From: an uncultured bacterium
Lineage (GTDB): Bacteria > Patescibacteriota > Microgenomatia > Levybacterales > UBA12049
DNA length: 64,000 bases
Assembly (NCBI GenBank): GCA_963826535.1
Contig: CAWGXL010000011.1
Coordinates: 809 to 64,808 of the forward strand
Direction: 5' to 3'
Shown here: in pieces, positions 59,442 through 64,000 of the stretch
Position numbering within the stretch: position 1 is the stretch's first letter
Layout: every line of letters starts with the position of its first letter
Position numbers and translations under genes: made by a program
Notes under the pieces: model-generated
Databases searched by the model: none
What the model saw: the letters and a program-made list of their open reading frames with translations, nothing else
What the model was told of the DNA's origin: nothing

Positions 59442-60548
59442 TTATTCCACAATTTTCTCCCAGGGGAATGCGTCCCGTCCGAAGTGGCCGTAGGCTGCGG
59501 TTGAAAGATAAATAGGGCGCCGTAGATTAAGACCATCCAAAATCCCTTCCACTGAAGTATCCAGAAGTTTTAGTGTAAAGTCTTTTATTGCTTTGCTTGT
59601 TGTCTTGGCAGTGCCGAAAGTTTCAACCTCTTGCATAATTGGTTTGCGTGCGCCGATAAAATAGGCAAGTCTAACTTCTGCCCTATCCGCTAGCCGTTGT
59701 GCTACAATATTTTTTGCGAGATAACGAGCAGCATATGCGCCGCTTCGGTCGACTTTAGTTGGGTCTTTCCCGCTAAAAGCACCTCCTCCCACTCGAGCAT
59801 ATCCGCCGTATGTATCAACAATAATTTTGCGTCCTGTCACACCGGAGTCAGAGGCAGGTCCACCAATATGCCAAACTCCTGTGCCATTTACAATAAGGTC
59901 TTTGGGCGAGATTGAAAAACCGGAGGCAGCAAGAATAGGCTTGACCACGGTTTTGAAGATATCTTTTTTTACCTGTTCAAGTTTAGTTTTTTCATCATGG
60001 GGCACTGCAATAACAACAGTTGCTATTTTATATGGTTTTCCATTTTTGTATTCTACAGTCACCTGAGTCTTGCCATCCGGACGAAGAAAGGCAAGAATTT
60101 TTTCCTCACGTACCCTATCTATCTCTTTTGCTAATTTATGCGCAAGTAAGATAGGAAGCGGCATAAGTTCCGGAGTCTCATTACAGGCAAATCCAAACAT
60201 CATGCCCTGGTCTCCGGCACCTCTTTTCTTGTTGACGCCGACCGCAATTTCCGGTGATTGTTCATGTACATAAACATTGATTGTAGAATTGTATGAGAAA
60301 TTAAATTTACCGTTTAGGTATCCTAGTCTGCGGATTTGCTCACGCGCTATCTTTTCAAAATCAACTTTTGCCGCTGCACTAACCTCACCTGCAATCATTA
60401 CGCGATTGAATGTAACAATAGTTTCAACAGCAACGTGCCCGTTGGGATCTTGAGCGAGAACCGTATCAACAATAGCGTCGCTTATCTGGTCGCATATTTT
60501 ATCAGGATGACCCGCACAAACTGATTCGGACGTAAACCTATTTTTCAT
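59442..60548 (-). CDS. metK: S-adenosylmethionine synthetase.
   Basis: ESVCAGHPDKICDQISDAIVD and GGGAFSGKDPTKVDRSGAY motifs. 368 aa. Confidence 0.95.
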   Translation of the reverse strand: MKNRFTSESVCAGHPDKICDQISDAIVDTVLAQDPNGHVAVETIVTFNRVMIAGEVSAAAKVDFEKIAREQIRRLGYLNGKFNFSYNSTINVYVHEQSPEIAVGVNKKRGAGDQGMMFGFACNETPELMPLPILLAHKLAKEIDRVREEKILAFLRPDGKTQVTVEYKNGKPYKIATVVIAVPHDEKTKLEQVKKDIFKTVVKPILAASGFSISPKDLIVNGTGVWHIGGPASDSGVTGRKIIVDTYGGYARVGGGAFSGKDPTKVDRSGAYAARYLAKNIVAQRLADRAEVRLAYFIGARKPIMQEVETFGTAKTTSKAIKDFTLKLLDTSVEGILDGLNLRRPIYLSTAAYGHFGRDAFPWEKIVE

Positions 60549-61819
60549 TATATTTTTGTATCGGGGAAAACAGAACGGAATTCGCGAATGGCTGTAACTT
60601 TGACTTCTCCAGGAACAGCGAGGGAGCGGCTGACTTCTTCCTGAATTTTGCGGGAAATTATGGTCGTTTGGGCATCATCCATTTTGCCGGGATTAACAAT
60701 TACCCTGAGTTCACGTCCTGCCTGAAATGCGAAGGCGTCTTCAACCCCCTCGTATTTTTTGGCGATTTTTTCCATATCCTGCAAGCGGGTGGAATATTTT
60801 TCTAATTCTTCATATCTGGCACCCGGACGCATAGCGGAAATTGCATCGGCAATATGTACAATAATTGATTCTATTGAAGAAAATGGCTTGTCTTCATGAT
60901 GTTCGGCAACACAATTAATAATCGGTTCGGGTAAGTTGTATTTCTTGAGCAGTTCAACGCCTAGTTTAACATGGCTTCCCTCACCTTCCAATACCTTACC
61001 TATGTCATGAAACAAACAACCGAGGCGGACAATGTCAGCATTCGCGCCTAATTCGGCTGCGATGTGAATTCCAATTTTTGTTTCTTCCAGTGTATGAACT
61101 AGCAGGTTTTGTCCATAGGATGTCCTAAATTTCATTCTTCCTAAAATGGGGTACAAGTCTGTTGGTAAATTGTAGACATCAGCTTCTGCGGCAAGTTTTT
61201 CACCCTCTTCAAACATGATTTTTTCGACTTCTACCCGGGTTTCTCTAATAACTTCTTCTATCCGGAATGGCTGGACGCGGGTATCTTTGAGTAATTTTTC
61301 AAGTGAGCGCCGTGCTACTTCACGGCGAATTTGATCGAAGGAAGAAAGTCTGATAATTCCTTCTTCATCCAGGTCAACGTCTACACCGGTTGCTTGTTCA
61401 AAAGCGCGGATATTCCGTCCCTCCTTCCCGATAATTCTTCCCTTCATTTCCTCATCGGGTACTTTAACCACAGAAACAGTATATTCGGGAATAAAATTCA
61501 GGGCCCCATGTTTCATGGAATCCAGAACAATTTCCTGTGCTTTTTTATCAGCAGTGCGGCGGGCTTCTTCTTCACCTTCTTTGATTATCCGTGCAACCAT
61601 CTGAGCGGATGATTTTTCAGTCTCTTCTAGGATCTGTTTCTTTGCTTCTTCGCGTGTTAATCCTGAAACTTTTTCTAGCTTCATAATATATTCTTCGCGC
61701 TTTTTTTCAACTTGCTCAAGCTGGTTTGCAATATCTTCTTGTTTTTGTTCGAGTTTTTCTTGCCGTTCGAGTAGTTTGCGCTCTAAGACAATTAGGTCTT
61801 GTTGGGATGTATTTGTCAT
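60548..61819 (-). CDS. rny: Ribonuclease Y (KH + HD domains), apparently lacking the N-terminal transmembrane helix.
   Basis: KH GKEGRNIRAFEQATGVDV. HD HTLEETKIGIHIAAELGANADIVRLGCLFHDIGK. N-terminal coiled coil. Confidence 0.85.
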   Translation of the reverse strand: MTNTSQQDLIVLERKLLERQEKLEQKQEDIANQLEQVEKKREEYIMKLEKVSGLTREEAKKQILEETEKSSAQMVARIIKEGEEEARRTADKKAQEIVLDSMKHGALNFIPEYTVSVVKVPDEEMKGRIIGKEGRNIRAFEQATGVDVDLDEEGIIRLSSFDQIRREVARRSLEKLLKDTRVQPFRIEEVIRETRVEVEKIMFEEGEKLAAEADVYNLPTDLYPILGRMKFRTSYGQNLLVHTLEETKIGIHIAAELGANADIVRLGCLFHDIGKVLEGEGSHVKLGVELLKKYNLPEPIINCVAEHHEDKPFSSIESIIVHIADAISAMRPGARYEELEKYSTRLQDMEKIAKKYEGVEDAFAFQAGRELRVIVNPGKMDDAQTTIISRKIQEEVSRSLAVPGEVKVTAIREFRSVFPDTKI

Positions 61820-61820
61820 G

Positions 61821-62312
61821 TCAATCAGTGGCGTTTTTATTATACTCTAACCTTAGGGCAGCGTCAATCGTATTTTTGCTAGTTTCCCAGTCAAATCCGC
61901 GTCTGGCTAAAAATCCGGCTAGTTTTTGAAAGATTACTTCGCGGGGTAAGTCTTTATATCGGGGTAAGCGTTTTTCAACCAACTTCTTTGCCTGCTCCTG
62001 ATCATTCGGTTCTATTTCTGATCCCCGCTTTAGAACTTCTTCAATAATGTCCGGGTCAATACCTTTTTTTATCAATTCAATTTTAATAATTCTTTTACTT
62101 TTAAGACGATAAGTTGAACGGGAATGGATCCAGTCCTGCGCGAATTTTTCGTCATTAATAAAGCCATAATTTTTACAGTGGGCTATTATTTTCAGGATAA
62201 TTTCTATTGGGGCTTTGTGTTTTTGTAGATAATCTTGAATTTCTTTTTCAGAGCGTCCTCTGAAGGACAGAAAATGAAGTGTTTTATTTAGGTATTTATC
62301 GTAGAGGTCCAT
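61821..62312 (-). CDS. recX: Recombination regulator RecX.
   Basis: 163 aa. RecX-like three-helix repeats. Immediately downstream of recA. Confidence 0.7.
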   Translation of the reverse strand: MDLYDKYLNKTLHFLSFRGRSEKEIQDYLQKHKAPIEIILKIIAHCKNYGFINDEKFAQDWIHSRSTYRLKSKRIIKIELIKKGIDPDIIEEVLKRGSEIEPNDQEQAKKLVEKRLPRYKDLPREVIFQKLAGFLARRGFDWETSKNTIDAALRLEYNKNATD

Positions 62313-63404
62313 TTATTTCTCTTCGGAGCCATCTTTTTCTTTTTCACTGCCAACGACCAGCGGTGCACGGCCGTCTTTATTTTGGGCCATGATTTTCTGG
62401 ACTATTTCTTTTTCAATATCCATATTTTCTTTCAACTTTTCCATTGTTGCCGCTTTGCCTTGTCCGAGCAATTGGTCATTATAACGGTAAAATGCTCCTG
62501 ACTTTTGAATTATGCCCATCTCGACTCCTACATCAACGATTCCGCCTTCGCGGGATATGCCACTTTCTGTCACATCAAACTCAGCAATACGGAACGGTGC
62601 GGCAACTTTGTTCTTGACAACTTTTACCCTGTGGCGGCTGCCAATGGCGCGATCGCCGTCTTTGAGTGTCTCGATTTTGCGAATATCCATGCGCATAGAT
62701 GAGTAGAATTTCAACGCTAAGCCGCCGGTCGTAGTCTCAGGATTGCCAAACATCACTCCGATTTTCTGGCGGAGTTGGTTGGTAAAGATAGCAACAGTTT
62801 TGGATTTGGAGATGACGCCAGTTAATTTCCTGAGCGCTTGAGACATGAGCCGTGCTTGTAAGCCAATGATCGATTCGCCCATTTCTCCTTCGATTTCAGC
62901 TCGCGGTACTAACGCTGCGACTGAATCAATGACCAGTACATCAATACCTCCTGAGCGGATAAGGCTTTCGGCGATTTCGAGCGCTTGTTCTCCGGTGTCG
63001 GGCTGGGAAATCAGTAGTTCATCAAGTTTTACTCCGAGTTTCTGCGCCCAAAGCGGATCAAGTGCATGCTCCGCGTCGATAAAGGCTGCAATGCCGCCAT
63101 GTTTTTGGGCTTGGGCGATAATCGATAGACAGACAGTAGTTTTCCCTGAAGCTTCCGGACCGAATATTTCAATGATTCTTCCCCGAGGGACACCTCCAAC
63201 ACCTAATGCTAAATCTAAAGGCAGACAACCTGTTGAGATGACTGAAATATCAAATTTTTGGGCTGCCTCGCCAAAGCGCATAATGGCTCCGCGTCCGTAT
63301 TGCTTTTCAATTTGATCCATTGCCAAACGGATCGATTCCATTTTCTGAGCACTATCAGAAGGATGAGACGCTGTCTTTTGACTATTTGAAGAAGTTCGTG
63401 CCAT
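62313..63404 (-). CDS. recA: Recombinase RecA.
   Basis: Walker [10 protein letters not shown], ...[12 protein letters not shown]..., L2 loop. 363 aa. Confidence 0.97.
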   Translation of the reverse strand: MARTSSNSQKTASHPSDSAQKMESIRLAMDQIEKQYGRGAIMRFGEAAQKFDISVISTGCLPLDLALGVGGVPRGRIIEIFGPEASGKTTVCLSIIAQAQKHGGIAAFIDAEHALDPLWAQKLGVKLDELLISQPDTGEQALEIAESLIRSGGIDVLVIDSVAALVPRAEIEGEMGESIIGLQARLMSQALRKLTGVISKSKTVAIFTNQLRQKIGVMFGNPETTTGGLALKFYSSMRMDIRKIETLKDGDRAIGSRHRVKVVKNKVAAPFRIAEFDVTESGISREGGIVDVGVEMGIIQKSGAFYRYNDQLLGQGKAATMEKLKENMDIEKEIVQKIMAQNKDGRAPLVVGSEKEKDGSEEK

Positions 63405-63488
63405 AATTTATTCAAAGTAATCATAGCAATTTTATGTTAAAATACAATGTATCAAACTAGGCCAATTTTCGTATATTTTAATAATTAA

Positions 63489-63562
63489 CGGGGGGTAGCT
63501 CAGATAGACAGAGCACTCGTATGGGGTACGAGAGGTCGCTGGGGCGGAACCAGTCCTCCCGA
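63489..63562 (+). tRNA. tRNA-Pro (anticodon GGG) with an atypical T-loop.
   Basis: Manual fold: acceptor CGGGGGG/CCTCCCG with the bacterial tRNA-Pro C1:G72 pair and A73; D-arm GCTC-AGATAGACA-GAGC; anticodon loop AT-GGG-GT; T-stem GCTGG/CCAGT. The T-loop GGCGGAA lacks TTC, and CCA is not encoded. Confidence 0.55.
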
Positions 63563-63635
63563 CAAATAAAGTATAATAAAGTTTCCCCTTAACTCTATTG
63601 ACAATATATATTAATAAGCTCTAACATACGTCGTA

Positions 63636-63998
63636 GTGGATCAAATTTCTATTTCTTGCTCATTTTGTAATAAAAGGTTCATACGCGCTTCCGGGCATGT
63701 ACATGAAAGTCTAAAGTTGGGTTATAAATTGTATTGCTCTGACACATGCCATGGGAACAGTAAAAAGAGGAGAATAAAATTAGCTTGCGAAAACCCTATA
63801 TGCGCTAAGAAATTTGAAAGGTTAATCTCTGGAATCTCTTCTCATAACTTTTGTTCAAGTTCATGTGCGGCAATAGTCAATAATAAAAAATTTCCCAAGC
63901 ATCTTGGTAAGAGAAAGATTTGCGTTACTTGTCACAAAGAATTTATCAGTAGAGAAAAATTCTGTTCAGTTTCTTGTAAGATTCAAGGTCAAATAATT
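63636..63998 (+). CDS. Partial CDS (runs off the window) encoding three tandem TRASH/zf-FCS-like zinc-ribbon repeats (C-x2-4-C...F/Y-C-S-x2-C).
   Basis: Open frame from a GTG at 63636. Reads ...CSFCNKRF...YCSDTC...CENPICAKKF...FCSSSC...CVTCHKEF...FCSVSC.... Preceded by an AGGAG-like site. Confidence 0.4.
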   Translation, partial: MDQISISCSFCNKRFIRASGHVHESLKLGYKLYCSDTCHGNSKKRRIKLACENPICAKKFERLISGISSHNFCSSSCAAIVNNKKFPKHLGKRKICVTCHKEFISREKFCSVSCKIQGQII

Positions 63999-64000
63999 AC

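Noticed and set aside
59288-59536. ORF 59288..59536(-), 82 aa.
   Set aside because: It overlaps the large inverted-repeat hairpin and the 3-prime end of metK. The translation is low complexity and it is likely non-coding.

Overview
AT-rich bacterial genome fragment with the gene content of a reduced-genome Patescibacteria/CPR-like organism. In window order: a partial helicase-nuclease; a structured non-coding region; HU; a stand-alone 16S rRNA gene with a ~130 nt AT-rich insertion and no linked 23S; galU; GT-C glycosyltransferase plus PAP2 phosphatase; the hrcA-grpE-dnaK heat-shock operon with a CIRCE-like operator; a frameshifted bioY; an ECF transporter module; groES-groEL; lepA; a cyclophilin; rpsL-rpsG without fusA/tuf; an extracytoplasmic methionine-sulfoxide repair cluster (msrB, a CcdA-thioredoxin fusion, a thioredoxin, and an msrA that is frameshifted at an A8 tract); MscS; a P-type ATPase; an ECF sigma factor; a mevalonate-pathway operon with archaeal-type thiolase/HMG-CoA synthase/DUF35, interrupted by a hicBA pair and fused downstream to an orphan type I hsdM-hsdS pair; class I FBP aldolase; and a metK-rny-recX-recA block followed by tRNA-Pro. 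Unexplained structure includes: two paralogous Cys-ladder proteins of unknown family; a GC-palindromic REP/MITE-like repeat family with one copy inside a coding sequence; three toxin-antitoxin pairs; a compositionally deviant GC-rich secreted-protein gene; and two homopolymer-associated frameshifts that point to indel errors or genuine gene decay.
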